Source of the DNA: Methanobacteriota archaeon
GTDB taxonomy: Archaea > Halobacteriota > Methanomicrobia > Methanomicrobiales > Methanomicrobiaceae
Length of the DNA: 64,000 bases
Direction: 5' to 3'
Assembly: GCA_034659935.1 (NCBI GenBank)
Contig: JAYEIC010000020.1
Span: 5,258-69,257 of the forward strand
In this document: in pieces, positions 17,512-27,675 of the stretch
Position numbering within the stretch: the stretch's first letter is position 1
Layout: each line of letters begins with the position of its first letter
The notes under the pieces: generated by a model
Told to the model about the DNA's origin: nothing
Seen by the model: only the letters and a program-made list of their open reading frames with translations
Databases searched by the model: none
Translations under genes and position numbers: made by a program

Positions 17512-19425
17512 ATGCTTCAGAAGATGAAGAGAATTATGGTGGTCGGACCAAAAAGGGACTTCCATAGCGTAGTTGATCTTCTTTATGATGCCGGGACAGT
17601 TCACCTTGAAGATGTACTTGACAGAGTTTCTTCCGGAGAGCTCAGTTTAGAGAAATGGAATGAAAAAATTGGAGAGGAGATCTCAAATTTAGGCGTTAAA
17701 ATAGGCGGTATATTTCTTACACTTCCAAAAATAAAAGATGACAGGGAAAAACAGGCTCAGCTATATGAGAATCTGTACTGGCAGGACCACGGGAAGATAA
17801 TCGCGAGAACAGATTATGTAATTAAAGAGCTTGAATCCACGATTCGGGATCTTTCAACAAGGAAAAGTGATCTAGACTATACGATTACCGCACTGAACAG
17901 GTATGAAAAAACAATAGAAAAAATTCAGCCACTGGAAAACCAGTTACCCGTTCTTGAGGGTTATGAGGCCACTGTTATCCTTATACAGAAAGAGTATGAG
18001 GATGTTCTGAAACTGATCAGGACTGAATTATTAAGAATTACAGGTAACAGAGCCGAATTAGTCTCTGCTGAAATGGATGAGGAGACCATTGCTGCAATAA
18101 TGGTCTTCAATAAAAGATATTCAGATGAAGTTCACTCATTCATCTTCTCTAAAAATGTAAATGAAGTCCGCCTGCCGGATGAGTTCATGGGTAAACCGTT
18201 CGATGAGGTACTGGAATTAATCAGGGAGAAAAAAGAGCAGGCAACTGAAGAGTTAAAAACAATAGATGAAGATATGAACAGACTTTCCGGGGACTGGTAT
18301 CAGGAATTATCAGTACTCCGGAGGATCCTTGGAGATAAATCCAGAGAAATCAGCGCATTTAATCAGTTTGGACAGAGTGCATATACTTTCGTAATCATGG
18401 GATGGATCCCTGAAGCAGATCTGAAAAAAACAGAAGACGTAATATTCAGACAATTCGGAACCAAAGTTGTTGTAAACGAGCTCAGGCTAAGCCAGGATGA
18501 TTTGGATGAGGCCCCGGCATTGTATAACAACCCAAAAGTCGCACAGCCATTTGAATTTTTAATGCAGCTGAGCAGCCCGCCAAAATATACAGATATCGAA
18601 CCCACCCCCGTGATAGCATTCTTCTTCCCATTATTCTTTGGACTCATGGTGGGCGACATAGGATATGGCATCGTAATTTTTCTCTTTGCATGGACAATGA
18701 AGAGAAAATTCACTCAATATGACTGGCTCCAGTCAATAATGACTATCCTGATGATCTCTGCAGTACCAACCATCATATTTGGGTATTTTTATGGCGAATT
18801 CTTCGGGAATTTCGGGGAGATGATGGGCTGGCTCCACCCGATTCACTTCCTCGGAATTACGTGGAACAGAGTTGAGGCAATGATCCCGATGCTCATAGTA
18901 GCATTCAGCATAGGGGTAGTACATGTCTTTTTAGGTCTTATTCTGGGAATTATCAATGCACTGTCAAACAAGAAGATAAAACATGCAATCGAAAAAACAG
19001 GCTTACTTGTGATGGTAACAGGCCTGATAATCATTCTCGTGTCTGCTGCAGGTGTACTGCCTGATTATATGTTGTCACCGGGAATTGCCCTCGTAATAAT
19101 TGCACTCCCCTTAATAATCTATGGAGGGGGAGCTATGGGAACAATTGAGATCATGGGCACGGTGGGAAATATCCTCTCATACGCCAGACTCATGGCGATC
19201 GGCATGGCCTCCGTAATTTTAGCAATAGTAGCGAATGAACTGGGTGCTGCGATCGGGGTGGCTGTGGTAGGGATTATAGTTGCAGTCCTGCTCCATACAT
19301 TAAATATCATGCTGGCAATGTTCAGCCCGTCACTGCACACCATACGGTTACATCTCGTGGAATGCTACTCCAAATTTTATGAAGGCGGGGGCAGGATGTA
19401 CACTCCGTTTAAAAAAAATGAGTGA
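17512..19425 (+). CDS. atpI: A1AO ATP synthase subunit I (a-subunit)
   Basis: 637 aa. A soluble N-terminal half, then a polytopic C-terminal half containing the conserved LSYARLMA segment. Confidence 0.93.
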   Translation: MLQKMKRIMVVGPKRDFHSVVDLLYDAGTVHLEDVLDRVSSGELSLEKWNEKIGEEISNLGVKIGGIFLTLPKIKDDREKQAQLYENLYWQDHGKIIARTDYVIKELESTIRDLSTRKSDLDYTITALNRYEKTIEKIQPLENQLPVLEGYEATVILIQKEYEDVLKLIRTELLRITGNRAELVSAEMDEETIAAIMVFNKRYSDEVHSFIFSKNVNEVRLPDEFMGKPFDEVLELIREKKEQATEELKTIDEDMNRLSGDWYQELSVLRRILGDKSREISAFNQFGQSAYTFVIMGWIPEADLKKTEDVIFRQFGTKVVVNELRLSQDDLDEAPALYNNPKVAQPFEFLMQLSSPPKYTDIEPTPVIAFFFPLFFGLMVGDIGYGIVIFLFAWTMKRKFTQYDWLQSIMTILMISAVPTIIFGYFYGEFFGNFGEMMGWLHPIHFLGITWNRVEAMIPMLIVAFSIGVVHVFLGLILGIINALSNKKIKHAIEKTGLLVMVTGLIIILVSAAGVLPDYMLSPGIALVIIALPLIIYGGGAMGTIEIMGTVGNILSYARLMAIGMASVILAIVANELGAAIGVAVVGIIVAVLLHTLNIMLAMFSPSLHTIRLHLVECYSKFYEGGGRMYTPFKKNE

Positions 19426-19430
19426 CAAGT

Positions 19431-19563
19431 CTGTTCCATGAATCTTTTTTGTAGACAATAAGGGCACTTATAATCAAAAACACGTACATTTTGTGTTTAG
19501 TTGTCACCAAAGTATAACTGATTGCCCTTATGAGCCACCAAAACTCATTCATGCAATGGCCTC
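19431..19563 (+). repeat. Structured ~135-nt interspersed repeat, copy 1 (in the atpI-atpK gap)
   Basis: Aligns with 41936..42074 (GTAGACAATAAGGGCA...GTTGTCACC...TTGCCCTTATGAGCCA...TTCATGCAA-GGCCTC). Contains an internal inverted repeat ATAAGGGCA/TGCCCTTAT. Starts 6 nt after the atpI stop. Confidence 0.6.
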
Positions 19564-19907
19564 TGTTCCTACCCATAAAAACCATATACCAACCAAAACA
19601 GACGAGAACGGATCATTTTTACAGGTTGCGCGGAGGGCATGAGGGGTGAATACTCTTCATCTCAGGCAGCAGTGACTTCTGCAGGTGCAGGATTGCTGCC
19701 CGAAAAAATCAGACGCACTCCGGTTCAGGAAACTGTTTTTGAGCCACCTAACGCGCAACAGAAATTTTTATCACGTTTTCAAATTAAACCGGTATTTCAG
19801 GTTTTTTTCAGAGAGAACACAAATATCAGATGACTCTCATGCCCAATTTCCATACCAGAACAACAAATTTAATATACAAAGTAGAGTACCTATTTGGAGA
19901 TTCGAAG

Positions 19908-20126
19908 ATGAGTTCATTTGACATCGCGATCGGTGCGGCACTGGCGTTTGGCTTTGGCGCAATTGGAACTGCCTGGGCACAATCACGGATAGGCTCAGCA
20001 GGAGCTGGGGCAGTAGCAGAAAAACCGGAATTAGCTGGTTCTATAATAGTTTTAGAGGCACTTCCGGAGACCATGGTCATTTTAGGTTTTGTGATAGCAG
20101 CAATGATAATATTGATGGTCGAGTAA
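19908..20126 (+). CDS. atpK: A1AO ATP synthase proteolipid subunit K (c-subunit), single hairpin
   Basis: The track ORF 19830..20126 includes an implausible leader. The ATG at 19908 gives a 72-aa protein (MSSFDIAIGAALAFGFGAIGTAWAQSRIG...LEALPETMVILGFVIAAMIILMVE). Gln in helix 1 plus E-T in helix 2 is the pattern usually associated with Na+ binding. Confidence 0.88.
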   Translation: MSSFDIAIGAALAFGFGAIGTAWAQSRIGSAGAGAVAEKPELAGSIIVLEALPETMVILGFVIAAMIILMVE

Positions 20127-20270
20127 TCAGACCCACAGAGATATAGATTCTGACTTCTTCCTGACCTGAAAGATAATTCAGGTCAAATAAATTTCTCAGG
20201 TTTACAGGAGAACAGGAGCCAGCTGTACAGGGAAGCATGACAACCGCCACCCGGGCAGGTGATTAAACAA

Positions 20271-20855
20271 ATGGCTTACGAGACATTAATAAAAGAAGTT
20301 GAGGAGTGCTCTGAAGAAGAGATCAGGAAGGTAACTGAAAAAGCAGACAAAACTGTTCTGGAAATCAGAGAAGAGGCTGAAGAAAAGGTCGCGGAGGTAA
20401 AGGAGCAGCATCAGGAAAATATTAAAAAACTGCTTGAGATTGAGAGGATAAAATTACTCTACGATGCCAGAGCTGAAAATAAGATCGGGATAATCAGCGA
20501 AAAACGTAAGATTTTTCAGACAGCCTTCCTTGAAGCTCAAAAACATCTTGCAGAGATACGGGATACGGACGGCTATAGCGCTCTCTTCACTAAACTGGTA
20601 CATGAAGCATTTCACGATTTAAAAGAGGAACAGCCAAAACTGCATATAGATAAGAGGGATGAAGAGCTGTGTCGGGAAATTTCAGCCGGACTGCCGGGTA
20701 ATTGCGAAATCATATCCGATTTAGACTGCGCAGGAGGACTCAATATCAGTACAGCGGATGGAAAAATCATTGTGTTTAATACAATTGAATCCAGGCTGGA
20801 TCAGGCCGGGGAAGTTCTCAAATTAGAGATTTTTTCAACCCTGTATGGTGATTGA
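20271..20855 (+). CDS. atpE: A1AO ATP synthase subunit E
   Basis: The track ORF starts at GTG 20259; an ATG at 20271 gives MAYETLIKEV... Charged helical N-terminus with a globular C-terminus. Position in the operon supports the call. Confidence 0.85.
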   Translation: MAYETLIKEVEECSEEEIRKVTEKADKTVLEIREEAEEKVAEVKEQHQENIKKLLEIERIKLLYDARAENKIGIISEKRKIFQTAFLEAQKHLAEIRDTDGYSALFTKLVHEAFHDLKEEQPKLHIDKRDEELCREISAGLPGNCEIISDLDCAGGLNISTADGKIIVFNTIESRLDQAGEVLKLEIFSTLYGD

Positions 20856-21906
20856 TGTGGATATCGGGTATGTAAATGCGAGACTGAGAGGCATGAAAAG
20901 TCGGTTGCTTGACCGCAAAGAGATAGAAAAATTAATAGCCAGACCCGATATAGATTCCCTCATTGCCGGGCTGGAAGATACGCCATATAAAGAGTACATC
21001 GAAAAGGCCAGCATATCATATTCAGGTGTACAATGTATTGAAGAAGCCCTCAGAAAGAATCTGGCAGAAACATACCTGCTGATGTTGCAGATGGTGCAAG
21101 GAGAAAAGTTTGAGAAGTACATAAAAATCTTACTCGCTAAATGGGACATCCAGAACATTAAGACAATCCTAAGGGGGAAAAACATCTATGCTCCGTCTGA
21201 TGAAATTCTGGAATGTCTCATACCGGCAGGAGAACTTGATGAAGTGACGCTCATTGAGTTGATCAGGCAGCCGGATGTCAAAGATGTAATAGACCTGCTT
21301 GCAACCTGGAATATTGACTATTCAAAACCCTTAACTCAGAAATTTAAGGAATACGATGAGAAAAGGGACCTCTGGATACTTGAATTTGCTCTCGATAAAT
21401 ATTATTATGAAAATGCCCTGAACAGAGTGACAGGTAATTCATATGACGCAAAGATCGTCAGGGATATGATCACCACTGAAATTGATGTGATAAATATCAA
21501 AACTATCCTGCAGCTGGTGCGTGACAGAATTGTAACTGATGATACAGAAAATATCTTTATTGAAGGTGGAAAAGCGTTAAACATCGGCATACTGGCACCG
21601 TTACTCCGGACAAAGACCACCAGAGAAGCGGTCAGTCAACTGGATAAAACACCCTATTCTTTCCTTGCTGAGATCCCTGATGAACAACTGGCGGCAGGAA
21701 AGATTTCTGTTTATGAGAGAGAACTTGACACATATCTGATAAAAAAAGGCATACGTGCATTACACGGGGATCCACTGAGTATTGCAATAGCGGTCGGGTA
21801 TCTGTGGGCGAAATATAAAGAAACAACAAATATCAGGATCATATCCCGGTGCAAGACAGCGGGTATACTGGAAGACGATCTGACGGAGGAGTTGATATAT
21901 GTATAA
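20845..21906 (+). CDS. atpC: A1AO ATP synthase subunit C
   Basis: 353 aa. GYVNARLRGMKSRLL N-terminus typical of the V/A-type C (d) subunit. Overlaps the atpE stop. Confidence 0.85.
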   Translation: MVIDVDIGYVNARLRGMKSRLLDRKEIEKLIARPDIDSLIAGLEDTPYKEYIEKASISYSGVQCIEEALRKNLAETYLLMLQMVQGEKFEKYIKILLAKWDIQNIKTILRGKNIYAPSDEILECLIPAGELDEVTLIELIRQPDVKDVIDLLATWNIDYSKPLTQKFKEYDEKRDLWILEFALDKYYYENALNRVTGNSYDAKIVRDMITTEIDVINIKTILQLVRDRIVTDDTENIFIEGGKALNIGILAPLLRTKTTREAVSQLDKTPYSFLAEIPDEQLAAGKISVYERELDTYLIKKGIRALHGDPLSIAIAVGYLWAKYKETTNIRIISRCKTAGILEDDLTEELIYV

Positions 21907-22216
21907 ATTTATCGTTGTGACTGATCCGGATCTGGCATCAGGGTTTCGGCTTGCAGGAGTGGAGGTACTCGAAGCCTGCGATGTGGCGGAGGCAAAGAAG
22001 ATCATCTCCTCTCTCGTATATAGGGATGATACCGGAATAGTAGCTGTCAATGAAGAATTTATGGAGTCACTTGATGACAAACTGATGCAGAAAATCGAGA
22101 AGACATACCGACCGATTCTCGTTCCAATACCTTCGGTCTCAAAGGACGTTGACAGAAGAAGCTATATCGAACGCTTGCTCAGGAAAGCGATTGGGTACAA
22201 CATTGTGGTGAGTTGA
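21899..22216 (+). CDS. atpF: A1AO ATP synthase subunit F
   Basis: 105 aa. [19 protein letters not shown] pattern of V/A-type F subunits. Overlapping start and stop codons on both sides. Confidence 0.85.
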   Translation: MYKFIVVTDPDLASGFRLAGVEVLEACDVAEAKKIISSLVYRDDTGIVAVNEEFMESLDDKLMQKIEKTYRPILVPIPSVSKDVDRRSYIERLLRKAIGYNIVVS

Positions 22217-22221
22217 TATAT

Positions 22222-23961
22222 ATGTCAGAAGGTTTAATTTCAAGAATTTCGGGTCCTGTTGTAATAGCAGAGAATATGAAAGGGACGAAAATGTATGATG
22301 TCGTCAAAATTGGTGAGGAAGAACTCAATGGCGAAATAATCAGGCTGGATGGAGATGAAGCGGTAATTCAGGTGTACGAAGATACTTCCGGTTTAAAAAT
22401 TGGAGAAAAGGTAGTGGCAAGCGACAACCCGCTGAGTGTTGAACTGGGTCCAGGGTTACTAGCCTCTATTTACGACGGCATCCAGCGGCCATTACCCGGG
22501 CTTGTTGAAAAAAGCGGGAGTTTCATCTCACGTGGCATATCCATTCCCGGGCTGGACAGGGAGAAGGTCTGGAATTTCAAAGCAACCGCAGATGTGGGAG
22601 ATACTGTTGAGGAAGGAGATGTCATAGGAACAGTAGAAGAGTACAATATTGAACACAGGATTATGGTTCCACCCCGCGTCTCAGGAACCATCAGGGAGAT
22701 AAAAAGTGGCGGGTTCTCTGTGGAAGAGCCAGTCTGCCTTCTAAACGACAATACTGAAATTACACTGATGCAGAGATGGCCCGTAAGAAAGAGCAGACCA
22801 TATACTAAAAAACTGGATCCAACGCTGCCTCTGCTGACCGGTCAGCGGGTTTTTGACAGCATGTTTCCGGTCACAAAGGGAGGAACTGCTATGATCCCGG
22901 GTGGTTTTGGGACAGGAAAAACGGTATCAGAACAGACTCTCGCCAAATGGTCAGATACCGGGATCGTTGTGTATATAGGATGCGGAGAACGCGGAAATGA
23001 GATGACAGACGTTCTTACAGAATTCCCGGAGCTGGTAGATCCCAGAACAGGTCTCCCCTTAATCGAGAGGACAATTATGATTGCAAACACGAGCAATATG
23101 CCTGTCGCTGCCAGAGAAGCTTCAATATACACAGGTATTACAATCGCTGAGTACTACCGTGATATGGGGTATGATGTCGCTCTCTTAGCAGATTCCACCT
23201 CAAGATGGGGAGAGGCACTGCGTGAAGTATCAGGCAGACTTGAAGAGATGCCCGGTGAAGAAGGATATCCTGCGTACCTCGCTTCACGTCTGGCTGCATT
23301 TTATGAACGGGCCGGACGAGTCACCTGCCTGGGATCGGGTGAAAGGACAGGTTCGGTTACAATAGTTGGTGCAGTGTCACCACCGGGCGGAGACTTTTCT
23401 GAACCGATAACACAGAACACACTGAGAATAGCAGGAACGTTCTGGGCACTCGATACAAATCTGGCGAACAGAAGACATTTTCCGGCAATAAACTGGATAA
23501 AAAGTTATTCTCTGTACATGGACACCCTTCAGGACTGGTTTATAGAGAATATCTCACCTGACTGGAGAGAATTAAGAGAAAAAACGATGTATCTCCTGCA
23601 AAAGGAGGTTGAATTACAGGAAATTGTCCAGCTGGTAGGTCCGGATGCCCTGCCTGAGAGTGAGAAGGTGATTCTTGAAGTAACAAGGATGCTACGGGAA
23701 GATTACTTACAACAGAGCGCATATGACCCGGTAGACAGTTTCTGTCCCCTGAATAAACAATATTTGATGCTAAAAGTGATCTACACATTTTATGAAGCAG
23801 CAAATGAGGCTATGGACAGTGGAATTTCCTTAAAACAGATTCTGGAACTGCCTCAAAAAACAGAAATTTCCAGAATGAAGGAGCTGGACGATATTTCCAT
23901 GATAAAAGCACTTATTGAAGAAATTGAGGTAGGCATCAGATCTCTGGAGGTAGAGGCATGA
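22222..23961 (+). CDS. atpA: A1AO ATP synthase catalytic subunit A
   Basis: The track ORF starts at TTG 22213; an ATG lies at 22222. P-loop GGFGTGKTV. Contains the non-homologous insert typical of A-subunits. ~580 aa. Confidence 0.95.
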   Translation: MSEGLISRISGPVVIAENMKGTKMYDVVKIGEEELNGEIIRLDGDEAVIQVYEDTSGLKIGEKVVASDNPLSVELGPGLLASIYDGIQRPLPGLVEKSGSFISRGISIPGLDREKVWNFKATADVGDTVEEGDVIGTVEEYNIEHRIMVPPRVSGTIREIKSGGFSVEEPVCLLNDNTEITLMQRWPVRKSRPYTKKLDPTLPLLTGQRVFDSMFPVTKGGTAMIPGGFGTGKTVSEQTLAKWSDTGIVVYIGCGERGNEMTDVLTEFPELVDPRTGLPLIERTIMIANTSNMPVAAREASIYTGITIAEYYRDMGYDVALLADSTSRWGEALREVSGRLEEMPGEEGYPAYLASRLAAFYERAGRVTCLGSGERTGSVTIVGAVSPPGGDFSEPITQNTLRIAGTFWALDTNLANRRHFPAINWIKSYSLYMDTLQDWFIENISPDWRELREKTMYLLQKEVELQEIVQLVGPDALPESEKVILEVTRMLREDYLQQSAYDPVDSFCPLNKQYLMLKVIYTFYEAANEAMDSGISLKQILELPQKTEISRMKELDDISMIKALIEEIEVGIRSLEVEA

Positions 23962-25340
23962 CGCCCAAAAGCCTGCTCTCAAAAGAGTATAAAACAATAA
24001 ATTATGTCTCAGGTCCTTTAATTTTCGTTGAAAAAACCAGAGATGTTTCATTTGGGGAGACTGCCAGAATTACCCTTCCGGATGGAGAAGAGAGAGCCGG
24101 TCAGGTCCTGGATATTTCAAAGGAGCTTGCAATAGTACAGGTCTATGAAGGTACAAGCGGGATAGACAGTCTGGAGACCAGAGTTAAATTTACAGGTGAA
24201 CTGGCAAAAATAGATGTCTCCCCTGACATGCTCGGAAGGGTGTTTGATGGTGTCGGAAACCCGCGGGACGGAGGACCTGATATCATCCCAAAAGACAGAG
24301 TAGATATTAACGGAATGCCGATAAACCCCTATGCAAGAGACAAACCTGCTGACTTCATCCAGACAGGAGTCTCTGCCATTGACGCATTAAATACGCTTGT
24401 CCGGGGTCAGAAACTCCCGATATTTTCAGGTTCAGGTCTGCCGGCAAATCAACTTGCTGCCCAGATCGCAAGGCAGACACAGGTCCTTGGGGAAGGAGAG
24501 AAATTTGCAGTTGTCTTTGCGGCAATGGGAATCACTTATAAGGAAGCCTCTTTTTTCATGAAGGATTTTGAGAGAACTGGTGCCCTTGAAAGGGTGGTCT
24601 TTTTCCTTAATCTTGCAGATGATCCCACAATAGAGAGGCTTGCCACACCACGCTGTGCCCTGACGGTCGCAGAATATCTTGCATATACCCATGACCTTCA
24701 TGTACTCGTGATCTTAACAGATATGACAAACTACTGCGAGGCTCTGCGTGAAATATCCACTGCAAGAGAAGAGGTCCCCGGCCGGCGGGGTTATCCGGGG
24801 TATATGTATACAGATCTTGCATCAATTTATGAACGGGCTGGCAGAATTACAGGGAAAAAAGGATCTATTACCCAGATTCCGATCTTAAGTATGCCGGATG
24901 ATGACATTACCCACCCTGTACCTGATCTGACAGGATATATTACTGAAGGGCAGATTGTTCTCTCCCGTGATCTCTACAGGAGAGGTATAAATCCGCCTAT
25001 TGATGTTCTCCCCTGTTTATCCAGACTTATGAACCTGGGGATTGGTCCGGAAAAGACGAGAGAGGATCACAGAGGTGTGGCAGATCAGCTCTATGCCTCC
25101 TATGCCTATGGGAGTGATTTACGAAGACTCGTTGCCATCGTTGGTGAAGAGGCATTATCTGAACTGGATAAAATATATCTGAACTTTTCAGATGAATTTG
25201 AGAAAGTCTTCATTTCCCAGGAAGATGAGAACCGGAGTATTGAGACAACCCTGAAAATTGCTTGGGATCTCTTTTCCATGCTCCCGGAATCCGAATTAAA
25301 AAGAATAAAGATGGAATATATTCAGAAATATCAGCCATAA
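23958..25340 (+). CDS. atpB: A1AO ATP synthase subunit B
   Basis: 460 aa. Strong family resemblance ([16 protein letters not shown]..., [14 protein letters not shown]). ATGA overlap with atpA. Confidence 0.95.
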   Translation: MTPKSLLSKEYKTINYVSGPLIFVEKTRDVSFGETARITLPDGEERAGQVLDISKELAIVQVYEGTSGIDSLETRVKFTGELAKIDVSPDMLGRVFDGVGNPRDGGPDIIPKDRVDINGMPINPYARDKPADFIQTGVSAIDALNTLVRGQKLPIFSGSGLPANQLAAQIARQTQVLGEGEKFAVVFAAMGITYKEASFFMKDFERTGALERVVFFLNLADDPTIERLATPRCALTVAEYLAYTHDLHVLVILTDMTNYCEALREISTAREEVPGRRGYPGYMYTDLASIYERAGRITGKKGSITQIPILSMPDDDITHPVPDLTGYITEGQIVLSRDLYRRGINPPIDVLPCLSRLMNLGIGPEKTREDHRGVADQLYASYAYGSDLRRLVAIVGEEALSELDKIYLNFSDEFEKVFISQEDENRSIETTLKIAWDLFSMLPESELKRIKMEYIQKYQP

Positions 25341-25359
25341 CAAGATGGAGGGTTGAAGT

Positions 25360-26013
25360 ATGGAGCAGGTTAACCCGACCAGAATGGAGCTTATAAAGAA
25401 GAGAGAACAGATTAAGCTCGCTGAGCAGGGAAAAGATTTATTAAAGGAGAAGATGGACGCACTCATCAGGGAATTTTTCTCTATCATGGGATCGGTCTCT
25501 AAATCCCGCACAGAACTGGAGATGATTGCCGATGATGCCCAGCGATCCTTACTGGCAGCCCAGGCTGTTGATGACCCAATCGCATTAAAATCCGCGTCGT
25601 TTGCAACAAAAAGACTGATATCACTTAATATAAAAGGGAAGAATATTATGGGCGTCCCGGTACCTGTCATTCAAAAACGCCGCGTTTCACGGAGCATTTT
25701 TGAGAGGGGATATAGTATTGTAGGAGTAAGTGGAAGGATAGATGAAACAGCAGAAAGATTTGAAGTCGAACTGGATTTAATAATTGAACTTGCAGAGACA
25801 GAAACAGCTCTGAGAAGACTTGGCGGGGAGATCCAGATGACAAGACGGAGAGTAAATGCCCTTGAACAGATACTCATTCCCGAATTGAAAAAAGAGGCCA
25901 AATTCATCAAAATAGCAATAGATGAGCGGGAGAGAGAAGAGCTGTTCCGCTTAAAAAAAGTAAAAAAGAATATCGAACGGAAAAAGAAGCAGAAGAAAGC
26001 TGCAAAGATGTAA
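25360..26013 (+). CDS. atpD: A1AO ATP synthase subunit D
   Basis: 217 aa. N-terminus VNPTRMELIKKREQIKLAEQG and C-terminal RRRVNALE motif of V/A-type D subunits. Lys-rich tail. Confidence 0.9.
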   Translation: MEQVNPTRMELIKKREQIKLAEQGKDLLKEKMDALIREFFSIMGSVSKSRTELEMIADDAQRSLLAAQAVDDPIALKSASFATKRLISLNIKGKNIMGVPVPVIQKRRVSRSIFERGYSIVGVSGRIDETAERFEVELDLIIELAETETALRRLGGEIQMTRRRVNALEQILIPELKKEAKFIKIAIDEREREELFRLKKVKKNIERKKKQKKAAKM

Positions 26014-26021
26014 GATGTGAT

Positions 26022-26027
26022 TTTTTA
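26022..26027 (+). terminator. Oligo-T tract after atpD
   Basis: T6 lies 9 nt after the atpD stop. Several hairpins follow at 26098-26184. Confidence 0.35.
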
Positions 26028-26237
26028 TACCTGATGCTGGTTTATAGTGGCAAACGTTTCTTTGTGAACCATAGTTACGAACGTCACTTTTTGCACTAAT
26101 GTAAATGAAAGTTTTCAAAGAAACTTTCTTGAAGAACACCCTTCCTCTGAAGGGTGGTGTGAATCGCGAAACGCGAGTTACATTGGTTATTTTAAAAAAT
26201 ACGTTCGGAACTATATTGAAAAACCCAGACTTTTTAG

Positions 26238-26445
26238 TAAAACATGCATGACTCGCGTTGTGTCACACACTGTTTGATGAAAGTGGCAATTGCCACTTTC
26301 ATGCCAAACGCACATGATGGCTTGGGCCATCACACAGAAAGCGATAAAAATCTTATATTTATTCCAGCCAAGATCGATTTGATGACAGATAAGGCTGACT
26401 CGTTTGTCGTCCGAATTTTGAATTATATAGCAAAGTATGGTTTTT
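26238..26445 (+). repeat. ~200-nt interspersed repeat family B, copy 1 (contains a perfect 26-nt palindrome)
   Basis: About 85% identical over its core to the reverse complement of 34505..34712. Palindrome ATGAAAGTGGCAATTGCCACTTTCAT at 26277-26302. Confidence 0.65.
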
Positions 26446-26681
26446 GACTAAAGTGGTAAAATTTGAATCAGAATGTAAAAAAAATAAGAGGCTGGAGAAA
26501 CGATTGCAATTATAAGAGCCAATTAATAAATGCACATATGTTAATTTCAGTGGTCATTCCAAAAGCGGAGAATATATTCAGGACTTTACCTCAATAAATT
26601 CATTCTGTTAATCTCACAACAAATTATACACATAAAAGACGCACATAATATACATTCCGGACTCAGACAGTGTTCACTAAA

Positions 26682-27611
26682 ATGTTAATCCAGTTATTAT
26701 TATTTACAGTAGGCCTGCTCCTCCTCGTAAAAGGAGCAGATTATTTTGTCGAAGGCGGAAGCGGACTTGCAACACGCTATGGAGTGTCACAGGCCACCAT
26801 CGGGTTTACAATAATCGCATTCGGCACATCCCTGCCTGAATTTGTCGTGAGTATAAACGCCATCGCCTCAGGAAACGAGGGAATTGCACTGGGTAATGTT
26901 CTTGGAAGCAATATTGCAAATATCGCCCTTGTACTCGCTATCTGCGCCATTATCCAGCCGGCAGTCTTCTACATGAGTAAAAATACCAGAACAGGACTGA
27001 TCTATGAAACATTTTTCATGATCACTGCAACAGTAATTTTTGCTCTTCTGGCATTACGTGGAGTTCTTGATTTCATATCAGGAATTGTACTGCTCACTTC
27101 CTTTTTTTTAATCCTGTGGTACCTCTGGAGAAGGGGCACATCAACAGGCACAGACTCAGACACAAAAAGTCACGGGAATATTGATATTGCCTATACAATC
27201 GGTGGCCTTATCGCAGTTGCAATCGGTTCACAACTGCTTCTTGACAGTGCAGTTACAATAGCAGAATTTTTTGGAATCCCCTCATTTATAATAGGTCTCT
27301 CAATAGTGGCGATAGGAACATCCCTCCCTGAACTTGCCACATCCCTTGTTGCGATAATAAAAGGGAATGCCGGGATATCAATCGGTAACATCCTCGGGAG
27401 CAGTATATTCAATCTTCTCCTTGTCATGGGAACAGGCACACTCATCCGTCCGGTCAGCATACCGGCATTCAGTGATATCCTGATAACAGGTCTCTTCTCC
27501 CTTGCAGTAATCCCGCTTCTGATGAACAAAAAGAATCTCACGAGGTGCTGGGGAGCTCTCCTCCTTGTCGCGTATTCTGTATATCTTGCATTCCTTTTTG
27601 GGGTACTGTGA
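26682..27611 (+). CDS. Ca2+/Na+ antiporter, CaCA (YrbG-type) family
   Basis: The track ORF starts at GTG 26670; an ATG lies at 26682. Two alpha-repeats with GTSLPE and GNVLGSNIANI / GNILGSSIFNL motifs. ~10 TM helices. Confidence 0.85.
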   Translation: MLIQLLLFTVGLLLLVKGADYFVEGGSGLATRYGVSQATIGFTIIAFGTSLPEFVVSINAIASGNEGIALGNVLGSNIANIALVLAICAIIQPAVFYMSKNTRTGLIYETFFMITATVIFALLALRGVLDFISGIVLLTSFFLILWYLWRRGTSTGTDSDTKSHGNIDIAYTIGGLIAVAIGSQLLLDSAVTIAEFFGIPSFIIGLSIVAIGTSLPELATSLVAIIKGNAGISIGNILGSSIFNLLLVMGTGTLIRPVSIPAFSDILITGLFSLAVIPLLMNKKNLTRCWGALLLVAYSVYLAFLFGVL

Positions 27612-27675
27612 CTACTGTAACTGTTGTGACTACTGCCATGAAACAGAAGCCCTTGTAATTTTGCACCCGCCTGAT

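Noticed and set aside
26244-26447. 67-aa ORF (MHDSRCVTHCLMKVAIATF...) and its look-alike at 34519..34704, a possible conserved small-protein family.
   Set aside because: The two copies differ by a 1-nt indel that breaks the N-terminal frame. Nucleotide differences are not concentrated at third codon positions. The sequence similarity is better explained as a non-coding repeat (see finding).
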